Assembly (NCBI GenBank): GCA_001464695.1
Contig: LNDQ01000116.1
Span: forward strand, 6,884-70,883
Direction of reading: 5' to 3'
DNA: 64,000 bases
Source of the DNA: Betaproteobacteria bacterium Ga0077523
GTDB taxonomy: Bacteria; Pseudomonadota; Gammaproteobacteria; Burkholderiales; Ga0077523
Shown here: in pieces, positions 17,887-27,310 of the stretch
How the letters are laid out: every line of letters begins with the position of its first letter
Position numbering within the stretch: the stretch's first letter is position 1
Made by a program: the position numbers and the translations under genes
The notes under the pieces: model-generated
Databases searched by the model: none
Seen by the model: only the letters and a program-made list of their open reading frames with translations
What the model was told of the DNA's origin: nothing

Positions 17887-19191
17887 TCACGCCACCTGGT
17901 ATTCGGGGGAACACGCGAGCAGATACAGCGTACCCAGTGCGCGATTGTTGAAACGAGTGCTGTCGATGGCGGCGGTGCCGAGATACTCGGCGATGCCCGC
18001 GGCCGTCGTGGCGGTGACCGCAGGCACCCCGAGGCGCTGCGCCAGCGTTGCAATCAACGTCGCCGGTGCCACCGGCAGCGTGATGCCGCCGGCCAGGGTC
18101 GACAGCACGCGCGCCTGGTCGGTGTTGTAGATCAGGTTGTAGGCGAACTCGTAGCGCGCGAGCAGCATGCTCGCGCCGGTCAGGCGCAGGCCGGTGGCGT
18201 AGCCGGCAGGGTTGGGCGGCGCGAAAGCGGTCTGCCCGGCCCGGTCCATTGCGTCCATGATGGCGCGCACGCGATCGAAGTTCATCGCGAACCCGAGCCT
18301 CTGCGTGAGCCCGGTCGTGTAGTCGAGCGCGCTCTTCACGATGGTGCCGCGGTTGCGCGGATCCCAGAATGCCGCGGAATTGAACAGTGTCGTCAGCACC
18401 GCCTTGAGGTTGCCGGAGGTGCGGTTCCAGGTCGTCACGAGGTTGTTCACCTCGATCAGGTTGATGCGCTCGCTCACGAAGGTCCGGTAGAGCTTCATCG
18501 AGATGCGGCGTGCCGTCTCGGGACGCTGGAACAGGATGTTCATGAAGTCGTCACCGCCGAAGTTGCCAGTGCGTCCGAGGATGGTCTTGACCCCGGGATC
18601 GAAGGCGCGTGCGTTGAAGCTCACCACCTCTGCCGGCCAGCTCACCTCCCAGCCCGTGAGGGCGCGTGCGGCCTCGCGCACGTCGGTCTCGCGGTAAGGG
18701 CCGGTACCCGTGGTATAGAGCTCCATGGACTCGCGCGCGAAGTTCTCGTTGGGGCGCTCCTTCCGGCTGAAGGCGCCGTTGAGATAGCGCAACATCGCCG
18801 CATCCTTGTACATGGCGATCAGGAAGTCGCGAAAGTTGCCCGTGGCGTACTGGCGCCACTTGTCCATCTGCTTGCGAAACGTGGCCGCTTCCGCCACGCC
18901 GATCGGGGTGGTGAAGTGGCCGTGCCAGAACCACACGAGCTTGGCTTCGAGCGGCCGCGGGCTGCGCACCAGGAGCCAGGTGAGATTGGTGCGCGTCGTG
19001 TCCCAGAAGTCCGCCGGAATGTTGAGCGGGTTGGCGCTCGACCACGCGGCGTCGGCGATCGACTCGTAGTTGACGATGCGGTTGATCGCTCCCGCCTGAC
19101 CCAGCGCGAACAGACTGTCCACTTCCGCATTGCTGCCGCCGAAGCCTGCCCGCCGCAGCAGGTGGGCGGCGTCTTCGCGCGTCCATGCCAT
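17887..19191 (-). CDS. DUF1800 domain protein
   Basis: MAWTREDAAHLLRRAGFG and VWFWHGHFTT motifs. ATG 19191 is in frame with ORF 17887..20016. The 275 codons upstream run antisense to the neighbouring gene. Confidence 0.8.
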   Translation of the reverse strand: MAWTREDAAHLLRRAGFGGSNAEVDSLFALGQAGAINRIVNYESIADAAWSSANPLNIPADFWDTTRTNLTWLLVRSPRPLEAKLVWFWHGHFTTPIGVAEAATFRKQMDKWRQYATGNFRDFLIAMYKDAAMLRYLNGAFSRKERPNENFARESMELYTTGTGPYRETDVREAARALTGWEVSWPAEVVSFNARAFDPGVKTILGRTGNFGGDDFMNILFQRPETARRISMKLYRTFVSERINLIEVNNLVTTWNRTSGNLKAVLTTLFNSAAFWDPRNRGTIVKSALDYTTGLTQRLGFAMNFDRVRAIMDAMDRAGQTAFAPPNPAGYATGLRLTGASMLLARYEFAYNLIYNTDQARVLSTLAGGITLPVAPATLIATLAQRLGVPAVTATTAAGIAEYLGTAAIDSTRFNNRALGTLYLLACSPEYQVA

Positions 19192-19458
19192 GACCCTCTC
19201 CCTCGTGTGGAACGCTCCGAGCAACGCGAAGCCGATCGGGGATGCGCAATGCACGGCGTGGGCCACGCACTTTGCGCTTCGTTCCGGTTCAGTGAGTTGC
19301 GAACATCGTTCGTTGATCGACGACACTCGTGCTGTCGCCGAAAATCGGACCGTCGTGGGTCGACGTGCGTCTTCCCCAGTGCCAGCCTTGTCGCGAACGA
19401 ACGACGCAGCGAGACCGCGCGTTTTGCCTTCTAATGCGAGCTCTGGTCCATTCGGAGC

Positions 19459-20955
19459 ATGGTCGTGGGTCGAGGGCGGGGGTGTGTCGTTGTGTTGGTG
19501 GGGATGCTCGCTGCAGCGGCGTTCGCCGTGCACGCGGCGGATCCACGCCCCGTTGTCATCGGGTCGAAGCGTTTCACCGAGTCTTATCTGCTGGGCGAGA
19601 TCGCCCGCGAAACGCTGCAGCAAGCAGGTGTCGCCGCCGTGCATCGACAGGGGCTGGGCAACACGGCGGTGCTGTTCGAGGCGCTGTCCACCGGGGCGAT
19701 CGACGCGTATCCCGACTACACCGGGACCATCGCCCGGGAACTGCTGAAGACCGAGTCGACCGACCTCGCATCGTTGGATCGTGCATTGGCACCGCTCGGT
19801 CTCGGTGTCGGCGTAGTGCTCGGGTTCGAGAACACCTATGCATTGGCCATGCGGGAGGACGATGCCGCTCGCGCGGGTATCGTCAAACTGAGTGACCTCG
19901 CTGGCCATCGTGAGCTGCGCCTGGGCCTGTCGCCGGAGTTCCTGCATCGTGCCGACGGCTGGCCGGCCGTCGCGCACGCGTACGGTCTGGCACGACAACC
20001 CATCGTGCTCGACCACGGCCTTGCGTACGAGGCACTCGCCGCCGGCCGCGTGGATGTCATGGACATCTATTCGACCGATGCGAAGATCGCCAGGTACCGC
20101 TTGCGCGTGCTGGACGACGACCGGCGCGTCTTCCCCGAGTATCGAGCGGTGTTCGTGTACCGGCTCGATCTGCCGCGGCGCTCACCGGCGGGGTGGGCTG
20201 CGATGCAGGGGCTGGAAGGGCGTATTGCCCGGCAGGACATGATTGGCATGAACGCCGCTGCGGAACTCGAAGGGCGCAGCTTCGATGCGGTCGCCCGCGG
20301 ATTCCTCGGCGCGGGAGTCGTGCCGGCCGCGGTGCGTTCGGGGCTCGCTGCGCGGTTGTTCGCCGACGATCTGCCCCGTCTTACGCGAGAACACCTGGTG
20401 CTGGTGTTCGGATCGCTCGCACTCGCGTGCCTGGCCGGCATTCCGCTGGGCATCGCGGCGGCCGGATCGCGCAGGCTGGCACAACCGGTCCTGGCGGTGA
20501 CCGGGTTGATCCAGACCGTGCCATCGCTCGCCTTGCTCGCTTTCCTGATTCCGATCACCGGCACCATCGGTACCTTGCCGGCCGTGATTGCGCTGTTCCT
20601 GTATTCGTTGCTGCCGATCGTGCGCGCGACCCACGCGGCATTGACCGGCATCGCTCGCAACATGCGCGAATCGGCGATCGCACTGGGACTCGACCGGATG
20701 CAACGATTGCGCTTCGTGGAACTCCCGCTCGCGACGGCGGGCATCCTGTCGGGCATCAAGACGTCCGCGGTCATCAACGTGGGCACCGCCACCATCGCCG
20801 CATTCATCGGGGCGGGCGGCTACGGCGAGCGCATCACCGCCGGCCTGGCCCTCAACGATAACGCGATGTTGCTGGCGGGTGCCATTCCCGCCGCGGCGCT
20901 GGCCCTCGTCGTGCACGCGATGTTCGAGCTGGCGGAGCGGCGCGTCGCCCGTTGA
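19459..20955 (+). CDS. Fused glycine betaine/choline-type substrate-binding protein and ABC permease
   Basis: N-terminal OpuAC/OsmF-like binding domain (VVIGSKRFTESYLLGEI..AIDAYPDYTGTI). C-terminal BPD-transporter domain (..LIQTVPSLALLAFLIP..IDRMQRLRFVELPLA). Confidence 0.8.
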   Translation: MVVGRGRGCVVVLVGMLAAAAFAVHAADPRPVVIGSKRFTESYLLGEIARETLQQAGVAAVHRQGLGNTAVLFEALSTGAIDAYPDYTGTIARELLKTESTDLASLDRALAPLGLGVGVVLGFENTYALAMREDDAARAGIVKLSDLAGHRELRLGLSPEFLHRADGWPAVAHAYGLARQPIVLDHGLAYEALAAGRVDVMDIYSTDAKIARYRLRVLDDDRRVFPEYRAVFVYRLDLPRRSPAGWAAMQGLEGRIARQDMIGMNAAAELEGRSFDAVARGFLGAGVVPAAVRSGLAARLFADDLPRLTREHLVLVFGSLALACLAGIPLGIAAAGSRRLAQPVLAVTGLIQTVPSLALLAFLIPITGTIGTLPAVIALFLYSLLPIVRATHAALTGIARNMRESAIALGLDRMQRLRFVELPLATAGILSGIKTSAVINVGTATIAAFIGAGGYGERITAGLALNDNAMLLAGAIPAAALALVVHAMFELAERRVAR

Positions 20956-21010
20956 CGGCGGTCCCGGCGCACCGTAGCTTCGCAAGATTCCACCCACAGG
21001 ACGCCTTGCG

Positions 21011-22054
21011 ATGAACCAGCCGACCCCTGCCATAAGCGCCGACGAACAGGTCGCCCGCATCTTCGAGTGGCGCCGCGGCTTCAACAACATCCACCTGATC
21101 GACACCGGCGTCGAGTTGGGACTGTTCCGCGCGCTGGCGGAGGCCCCCGGCCAGACGGCCGAAGCTCTCGCGGCCCGCCTCGACTTGAAGCCGCACCCGG
21201 TCCGCACCTGGTGCTGGACCGCTCATGGGCAGGCGCTGCTGGACGCCGACGCGGACGGCGCCTTCCGCCTCGCGCCGCACATGGATGCGATCCTGGCGAA
21301 CGCGGGGCACCCCCGCTATCTCGGCGGCTACGCGCAGCTCGGTACACGGGTGGCAGCGGAGGATTTCCGGCGCAGTATCGAAACCTTCCGCACCGGCATA
21401 GTGAAGCCGTTCCAGGGGCGTGGCGAAGCGTTCGCGCACCTCATCGCGCAGTCCACCTGGGGCTTGCAGGTGGTGACCGCGAAGAAGCTGCTGCCCGCGG
21501 TCGAAGGGTTGCCCGCGCGGCTCGAAGCCGGCGGCACGGTGCTGGAGGTCGGCTGCGGCACCGGCAACTTCCTGGTGCAGGTCGCGAAGAGTTTTCCGCA
21601 GGCGCGCGCGATCGGCGTGGACCTCGATGCCGACAGCCTCGCCATCGCGCAGTGGCGCATCGCCGAGGCGAAGCTGGCCGACCGCGTTTCCGCGCGTCTC
21701 GGCACGGTCGACGAGGTGGTCACCGCCGACAGTGTGGACGTGGTGGTGATGATCGAAGTGCTGCACGAGATCGCCCCCGCGTTGCGGCCGGCCGTGGTGC
21801 AGCAGTGCGCACGCGCCCTGAAACCGGGTGGGGTGCTCCTCGTCGTCGACGAGACCTATCCCTCCACGCTTGCCCAGACGCGCGAAGCCGACTTCCGGTT
21901 TCCATTGCAGACCGGGATCGAGGAGCTGACCTGGGGCAACGTGATTCCCACTCGCGAAGAGCAGGAACGCCTGCTCGGCGATGCCGGATTCAAGCCGCCC
22001 TACGACCGTTCGATCATCGGCGAGGGGTTCACCGTCCTCACCGCGAAACGCTGA
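21011..22054 (+). CDS. Class I SAM-dependent methyltransferase with N-terminal winged-helix/dimerisation region
   Basis: SAM motif I VLEVGCGTGNFL, acidic loop IGVDLD, and motif post-II VVVMIEVLHE. Confidence 0.75.
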   Translation: MNQPTPAISADEQVARIFEWRRGFNNIHLIDTGVELGLFRALAEAPGQTAEALAARLDLKPHPVRTWCWTAHGQALLDADADGAFRLAPHMDAILANAGHPRYLGGYAQLGTRVAAEDFRRSIETFRTGIVKPFQGRGEAFAHLIAQSTWGLQVVTAKKLLPAVEGLPARLEAGGTVLEVGCGTGNFLVQVAKSFPQARAIGVDLDADSLAIAQWRIAEAKLADRVSARLGTVDEVVTADSVDVVVMIEVLHEIAPALRPAVVQQCARALKPGGVLLVVDETYPSTLAQTREADFRFPLQTGIEELTWGNVIPTREEQERLLGDAGFKPPYDRSIIGEGFTVLTAKR

Positions 22055-22057
22055 CCG

Positions 22058-22783
22058 TCAGCGCCGCCGATCGGCGGCCACCGATCGCAACCGGCGGGCA
22101 GCCGGCGGCCGTTGCACGATTTCCTTGAGAGTCGACCCGACGCCATCGAAGAACGTCCGCACCTCGGCTTCGATCAGCGTGTCGAGATTCTCCGGCACGG
22201 CCATGCCGTAGATGTACTTGCGCACGCCGAAGTAGAAGATGCGCGAGTTGATGCCCCAGACCAGCTCCATTTCGGTCTGGGTTGGCGGTACGCGCTCGAA
22301 ATCCGGCAGGCCGTAGAACTCGCGCACCTCGGCGCAGATGGGGGCGACGATGCGATCGCTCACCAGAGCGAAGAACTGCCGGTTGAGATCGGACCCGCGC
22401 AGGCCCGCGAACATGATGAGCCGCACCCATTCGTAGGTGAGGATGGTCTGGGCGTAGAGCTTGTAGAACTGGATCAGGCGTTCGCGCAGCGGGATGCCGC
22501 GATCGCGGATCAGCATCTCCCAGTACGGATTCCAGCGGCCGATGAAGACTTCCTGATAGACCCGCTCGATGAGCGCATCCTTGCTGGGGAAGTACCGGAA
22601 CAGCAGGGCATGGGTCACCTGCGCGCGCTTCGCGAGCTCGCGCGTGTCGCCACCGAAGCCCATCTCGGCGAAGAAGCTCACCGCCTCCTGGAGGATGTGA
22701 CGTTCCCGTTCCGCGCGCGGCAGCCGCGGGGTTGCCGATGGTGGGGTGGAGCGCTTCTTCGGGGCTGCTTTTTTGGTAAGCAT
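22058..22783 (-). CDS. TetR/AcrR family transcriptional regulator
   Basis: N-terminal HTH ILQEAVSFFAEMGFGGDTRELAKRAQVTHALLFRYFPSKDAL. Divergent from the ABC/catabolic cluster. Confidence 0.85.
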   Translation of the reverse strand: MLTKKAAPKKRSTPPSATPRLPRAERERHILQEAVSFFAEMGFGGDTRELAKRAQVTHALLFRYFPSKDALIERVYQEVFIGRWNPYWEMLIRDRGIPLRERLIQFYKLYAQTILTYEWVRLIMFAGLRGSDLNRQFFALVSDRIVAPICAEVREFYGLPDFERVPPTQTEMELVWGINSRIFYFGVRKYIYGMAVPENLDTLIEAEVRTFFDGVGSTLKEIVQRPPAARRLRSVAADRRR

Positions 22784-22874
22784 CTGCTCAACAAGGAGCC
22801 TGCGTGGAACCGATCGCCGTCGCTGTTCTCGCGCTGGAAATGGTCTGTGGGCAAGGCTGGAAGGTCATCATTCT

Positions 22875-22894
22875 CCGTCAGGTGACGGCCGTCA
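22875..22894. promoter_or_regulatory. Candidate TetR operator (overlapping inverted half-sites)
   Basis: CCGTCA-GG-TGACGG-CCGTCA. TGACGGCCGTCA (22883-22894) is a perfect 12-bp palindrome in the divergent TetR / binding-protein promoter region. Confidence 0.35.
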
Positions 22895-23106
22895 GTCCAT
22901 AGGGAATACCGACGGTTCGTGGTCCGTGCACGCCGGGTCGTTGCGGCCGCCGGTCAGGTGCCGGACGAGGTTTGGATGGAACCGCTTGACTGGTGAGCAT
23001 GTGGTTACTAGTATCGATGAAACGCTGTGCGCCGCCGGTTCCGTAGGCTGTCGCGCTGCAACAAGACCAGGCGCACAGACGATGCGCCCTGCAGGGGAGG
23101 AGAGTC

Positions 23107-24252
23107 ATGGATTCCAGCCGCACGAGGCGCGCCGGGCGCCGCCTTGCCAGCATCGCGATTGCCGGGCTCGTCCTGCTGCCCGGTTTTGCCGCAGCGCAAA
23201 GCAAAGACCCGATCAAGATTGGTGCGGTGCTCGCCTTGACCGGCCCCGGTGCGGGCCTCGGTCAGGCCGAGCGCAACGGCATCCTGCTCGCCGAGAAGCT
23301 CATCAACGAGAAGGGCGGGGTGAAGGGCCGGCCGATCAAGGTGCTGATCGAAGACGACGGCTCCAAGCCCGACATCGCCAAGGGCAAGGCAGAGAACCTG
23401 ATCTTCAACGAGAAGGTGGTGGCGATCATCGGTCCGTCGCTCACGGCCAGCACCGGGGCGGTAGCTGCGGTCACGAACGCCGAAGGTGTTCCGGAGCTGG
23501 CCCTGACCGGGCTCGGTCCGCAGATCGAACTCACCTACAAGTCGGTCTATCACCTGCTGCCGCCGCAGGTACTCAATGCCAAGGCCATGCTCGAGTACAC
23601 CACCAAGTCGCTCAAGGCGAAGAAGGTGGGCGTGTTGCACGACTCGGGTTACGGGCAACTGGTGCTGAACGCCCTGCAAAGTCAGTCCGGCAGCTACGGG
23701 CTCGAATTCGTCGCCATCGAGAAGTTCGAGGTGGGGGCCACCGACGTTTCCACCCAGGCGGCGAAGGTGCGCGCGGCGAATCCCGACGTCGTCTTCGTGA
23801 TCGCCACCAATCCGGTGCCGTTCCGCAACGCCCGCCAGATGCGCATCGCGCAACCCATCGTGTCGGCCATCGGTTCGTCGTCGTATCAATACGTCGGCGG
23901 CATGGGCGAGTTCGCCCACGACATCGTGTTTCCCGAATTCGTGGTAGGAGAGGACCCGCTGCCCCATCAGACCGAGTTCGTGAACCTCTACAAGAGCGCG
24001 TACAACGCCCTGCCGAAGAATTACGAGGCCGCCGGATGGGATGCCGTGCATATCCTCGCGCAGGCGCTCGACAAGGTCGGGCCCGACGCCGGCGGCGAAG
24101 CGATCGCCAAGGCCATCCGCGAGCCCTACAAGGGCGTGACCGCCACGTACAACTTCGCGGCGTCGGACATGACCGGCATTGAACTGTCGAGCTACGTGTA
24201 TTCGAAGCTGGTGAACGGCAAGTTCACGCGGCTGCCGTTCACGGCGAAGTAG
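23107..24252 (+). CDS. ABC transporter substrate-binding protein (Leu/Ile/Val-binding, Peripla_BP_6 type)
   Basis: Signal peptide, then IKIGAVLALTGPGAGLGQAERNGILLAEKLINEKGGVKGRPIKVLIEDDGSKP, typical of LivK-family proteins. Good Shine-Dalgarno (GGAGGAG). Confidence 0.85.
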   Translation: MDSSRTRRAGRRLASIAIAGLVLLPGFAAAQSKDPIKIGAVLALTGPGAGLGQAERNGILLAEKLINEKGGVKGRPIKVLIEDDGSKPDIAKGKAENLIFNEKVVAIIGPSLTASTGAVAAVTNAEGVPELALTGLGPQIELTYKSVYHLLPPQVLNAKAMLEYTTKSLKAKKVGVLHDSGYGQLVLNALQSQSGSYGLEFVAIEKFEVGATDVSTQAAKVRAANPDVVFVIATNPVPFRNARQMRIAQPIVSAIGSSSYQYVGGMGEFAHDIVFPEFVVGEDPLPHQTEFVNLYKSAYNALPKNYEAAGWDAVHILAQALDKVGPDAGGEAIAKAIREPYKGVTATYNFAASDMTGIELSSYVYSKLVNGKFTRLPFTAK

Positions 24253-24303
24253 GGACGACGCGCCCCAAGGCGCGCTGACAACACGAGGGGAGAGGAGCCA
24301 AGC

Positions 24304-25230
24304 ATGAAGCGAAGCGTCGAGTTCAACAGCAAGGGTTCGAAGGTGCGCGGCGTGCTGGTCACGCCCGACGGCGGCAAGGGACCGTTCCCGATCGCCATCA
24401 TGGGCGGGGGCTGGTGCTACGTGAAGGAGATCGTGCTGCCGCACTATGCCGAGGCGATCGTGAAGGCGGGCGTGGCGGTGCTGATGTTCGACTACCGGGG
24501 GCTGGGCGAGAGCGAAGGCGAACCGCGCCAGCACATCGATCCCTGGGGCCAGGTGGAGGACTACAAGAACGCCATCAGCTTCGCCGCCAAGCAGCCGGAG
24601 GTGGATCCGAACCGCATCGGCATCTGGGGCATCTCCTACGCCGGTGGTCACGTCATCATCGTCGCCGCTACCGACCCGCGCGTGAAGTGCGCGGTTTCCA
24701 CCGTGCCTGTGGTCGAAGGCTGGGAAACCATGAAGCGCTGCCACGGCGAGCGCAAGTTCGACAAGCTCCTCAAGCTCGTCCTGGAAGATCGCGTCCGCCG
24801 CTCGGAAGGCCAGCCCAGCGCGATGATGCCGATGTCGCACAGCGACCCCGACAACAACCTGTCGAGCTGGCCGTTCCCGCACGTGTACGAGATCTTCATG
24901 CGCATCAAGGAAGCCGAGGCGCCACGCCACGAGCACCGCAATACCATCGAGTCGGTGGAACTGCTGCTCCAGTACGACACGTTTGCCTACGCCAAGCGCG
25001 TCCTGAATACGCCGACCCTCGTGGTGGTGGCAGAGCAGGACAACATCACTCAATGGGATCTCGAGATCCAGATGTACAACACGATCCCGGCGGGCAACAA
25101 GGAGCTCGTGGTGCTCGAGAAGGTGAATCACATGAGCCTCTATTCCACCCGCAAGCACCTCGAGAAGGCCTCGGCCCATCACGCGCGCTTCTTGAAGAAG
25201 CACCTGATCGACGAATTCTCGGCCGACTGA
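24304..25230 (+). CDS. Alpha/beta hydrolase
   Basis: Nucleophile elbow GISYAGG (GxSxG). 308 aa. Located between the binding-protein and permease genes. Confidence 0.75.
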   Translation: MKRSVEFNSKGSKVRGVLVTPDGGKGPFPIAIMGGGWCYVKEIVLPHYAEAIVKAGVAVLMFDYRGLGESEGEPRQHIDPWGQVEDYKNAISFAAKQPEVDPNRIGIWGISYAGGHVIIVAATDPRVKCAVSTVPVVEGWETMKRCHGERKFDKLLKLVLEDRVRRSEGQPSAMMPMSHSDPDNNLSSWPFPHVYEIFMRIKEAEAPRHEHRNTIESVELLLQYDTFAYAKRVLNTPTLVVVAEQDNITQWDLEIQMYNTIPAGNKELVVLEKVNHMSLYSTRKHLEKASAHHARFLKKHLIDEFSAD

Positions 25231-25237
25231 GGTGAGG

Positions 25238-25388
25238 TCCCCCCCCGATGGGCCTGCGGCCCTTCCCCCCAAGGGGGCCAGCCCTCTTGGGGCGGTCCGG
25301 CGAGGGCTGGGGTCACATCCCCCCCGATGGGCCTGCGGCACCTCCCCCCAGGGGGCCAGCCCTCTTGGGGCGGTCCGGCGAGGGCTGA
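25238..25388. repeat. Family C element, two tandem copies of about 71 bp
   Basis: tcccccccgatgggcctgcggcccttccccccaagggggccagccctcttggggcggtccggcgagggctg at 25238-25309, repeated at 25318-25388. It contains the stem ccagccctc/gagggctgg. Confidence 0.85.
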
Positions 25389-25444
25389 GCCCTCCGGCGG
25401 ATCGGACCGGGCGGTAAGCCCGGTCCGACCTTCGGGGTGGACGG

Positions 25445-26332
25445 ATGAACGGGACCCTGCTGCTTCAGTCGGTGATCGTCGGCATCACCAACGGCTTCGT
25501 CTATGCGTTGGTGGGGCTCGGCATCGCCGTGGTGTTCCGTGGCACGCGCATCATCAACGCGATGCAGGGCGAGTTCTCGTTGGTGGGCGGACTCGTGGCA
25601 TTCGTCGTTGTCGAGCAGCTCGGGTGGCCCCTGGGTGTCGCGGCAGTGTCCGGCGTGCTGGCCGGCGGCGTGGTCGGCTTTGCCATGGAGTGGTTGCTGG
25701 TACGTCCGACGCGACGCCGGGGAGTCGGTGAGGAAAGCTATCTGCTGCTGACCCTCGGCGTGGCCTTCGCGATTTCCGCCGCCGTGCTGTATTTCATCGG
25801 GCGCGACACGCGCAGCCTGCCCGGCATCGGTGGCGAGGGCAGCGCGCTGGTGTTCGATGCCGCGATCCGTCATCACGCGATCTGGCTGGTCGTGCTGTCG
25901 TCGGCAGTCATGCTGCTGCTGCGCCTGTTCTACGACCGCACGCGGATCGGCCTGTCGATGATGGCCGCCTCCATCGACGAAGAGGGCGCGGCCACCATCG
26001 GTATCAACGTGCCGCTGATGCGCTCGCTGTCGTTCCTGCTCGGGGGCCTCGTGGGCGGCCTCGCCGGCGTGCTGGTTTCGCCGCTCGTCACCATCCACTA
26101 CGAGATGGGGTTGTTGCTCACCCTCAAAGGGTTCGCCGCCGCGATCCTCGGCGGGCTGCTGAACCCCTTCGGGGCCGTCGTGGGCGGCGTGACCCTCGGG
26201 TTGATCGAATCGCTGGCGGTGCTGTCGGTCTCGTCCGGTTACAAGGACGTGGTCGCCATGACGCTGCTGATCGTCATCATGATCATCCTCCCCAACGGCA
26301 TCCTCGGTCGAGGCAGCCGCAAGGGTGGTTGA
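25445..26332 (+). CDS. Branched-chain amino acid ABC transporter permease (LivH-like)
   Basis: 295-aa polytopic protein starting MNGTLLLQSVIVGITNGFVYALVGLGIAVVF, typical of the LivH family. Confidence 0.85.
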   Translation: MNGTLLLQSVIVGITNGFVYALVGLGIAVVFRGTRIINAMQGEFSLVGGLVAFVVVEQLGWPLGVAAVSGVLAGGVVGFAMEWLLVRPTRRRGVGEESYLLLTLGVAFAISAAVLYFIGRDTRSLPGIGGEGSALVFDAAIRHHAIWLVVLSSAVMLLLRLFYDRTRIGLSMMAASIDEEGAATIGINVPLMRSLSFLLGGLVGGLAGVLVSPLVTIHYEMGLLLTLKGFAAAILGGLLNPFGAVVGGVTLGLIESLAVLSVSSGYKDVVAMTLLIVIMIILPNGILGRGSRKGG

Positions 26333-27308
26333 AAGCCGCGACGATATCGGCATGGGTACGTCCCGATCGATCGCCTGGCGGCGCTGGTTGCTTACGGTGG
26401 CCTTCATTTCGGCCTGGGCCACCGTTCCTTTATTCGCTTCACGCAGTGTCGTCGATATGCTCGTGTTCACGGGGTTGTACTCGATCGCCGGGCTCGGAGT
26501 GGCATTTCTCCTGGGGCAGTGCGGCATCGTGTCGCTCGCCCAGAGCGTGTTCTTCGGCATCGGTGCCTACGCGTCCGCCTACTGCACCACGCAGCTGAAC
26601 TGGTGGGCACCGAGCGGATTCGTCATCGGCATCGCCGCGAGCGCCGCTCTTGCCGTGGCGGTCGGGTGGCCGATCCTGCGGTTGTCGGGCTACTTCCTCG
26701 CGCTGGCCACCCTTGCGCTCGCCATGATCGGGCAGGTGTTGTTCCTCGAATGGGATTGGTTGACCGGCGGCACGCTCGGCATCGGCGGCATTCCGAAGCT
26801 GTCGCTGTTCGGCTTCGATCTGCGCACGCCGCAGCGTTTCTACTATTTCGTGTGGCCGGTGGCGGTGCTGGTGCTCTGGCTGCATGCGAACCTGCTGGGG
26901 GCACGCAACGGCTTCGCCACGCGAGCGATGCGGGATGCGCCGGCTGCGGCTGCGGTGCTCGGCATCGACACGCACGTCCTCAAGGTTAAGATCTTCGTGT
27001 CGAGCGCGGTGCTGGGTTCCCTGGGCGGCAGCCTCTTCGCGCACTACGTGTCGTTCGTGAGCGTGGACAGCTTTACCGTGGAGCGTGCGATCAATTTCCT
27101 GCTGCTCGCCGTGCTCGGCGGGGCCAAGACCATCGTGGGGACGGTGCTGGGGGCGGGGTTCGTGACGGTCATGCCGCATTGGTTGACCGGCTTCGGCGAC
27201 ATCCACCCGTTGCTGTTCGCCGCCTGCCTGATCGCTGCCGTGATGTTCCTGCCCGAAGGGTTCGGCGGCGCCTTGCAGCGCGCGCTGCGCCGGGGTCGGG
27301 AGGCCTGA
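26325..27308 (+). CDS. Branched-chain amino acid ABC transporter permease (LivM-like)
   Basis: Polytopic, with ..GQCGIVSLAQSVFFGIGAYASAY.. typical of LivM. The start is either GTG 26325 (overlapping the livH-like stop) or ATG 26352. Confidence 0.8.
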   Translation: MVESRDDIGMGTSRSIAWRRWLLTVAFISAWATVPLFASRSVVDMLVFTGLYSIAGLGVAFLLGQCGIVSLAQSVFFGIGAYASAYCTTQLNWWAPSGFVIGIAASAALAVAVGWPILRLSGYFLALATLALAMIGQVLFLEWDWLTGGTLGIGGIPKLSLFGFDLRTPQRFYYFVWPVAVLVLWLHANLLGARNGFATRAMRDAPAAAAVLGIDTHVLKVKIFVSSAVLGSLGGSLFAHYVSFVSVDSFTVERAINFLLLAVLGGAKTIVGTVLGAGFVTVMPHWLTGFGDIHPLLFAACLIAAVMFLPEGFGGALQRALRRGREA

Positions 27309-27310
27309 GC

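Noticed and set aside
17887-20016. 709-aa version of the DUF1800 ORF.
   Set aside because: The first 275 codons run antisense to the betaine-type transporter gene and are low complexity. The conserved DUF1800 N-terminus (MAWTREDAAHLLRRAGFG) starts at 19191.
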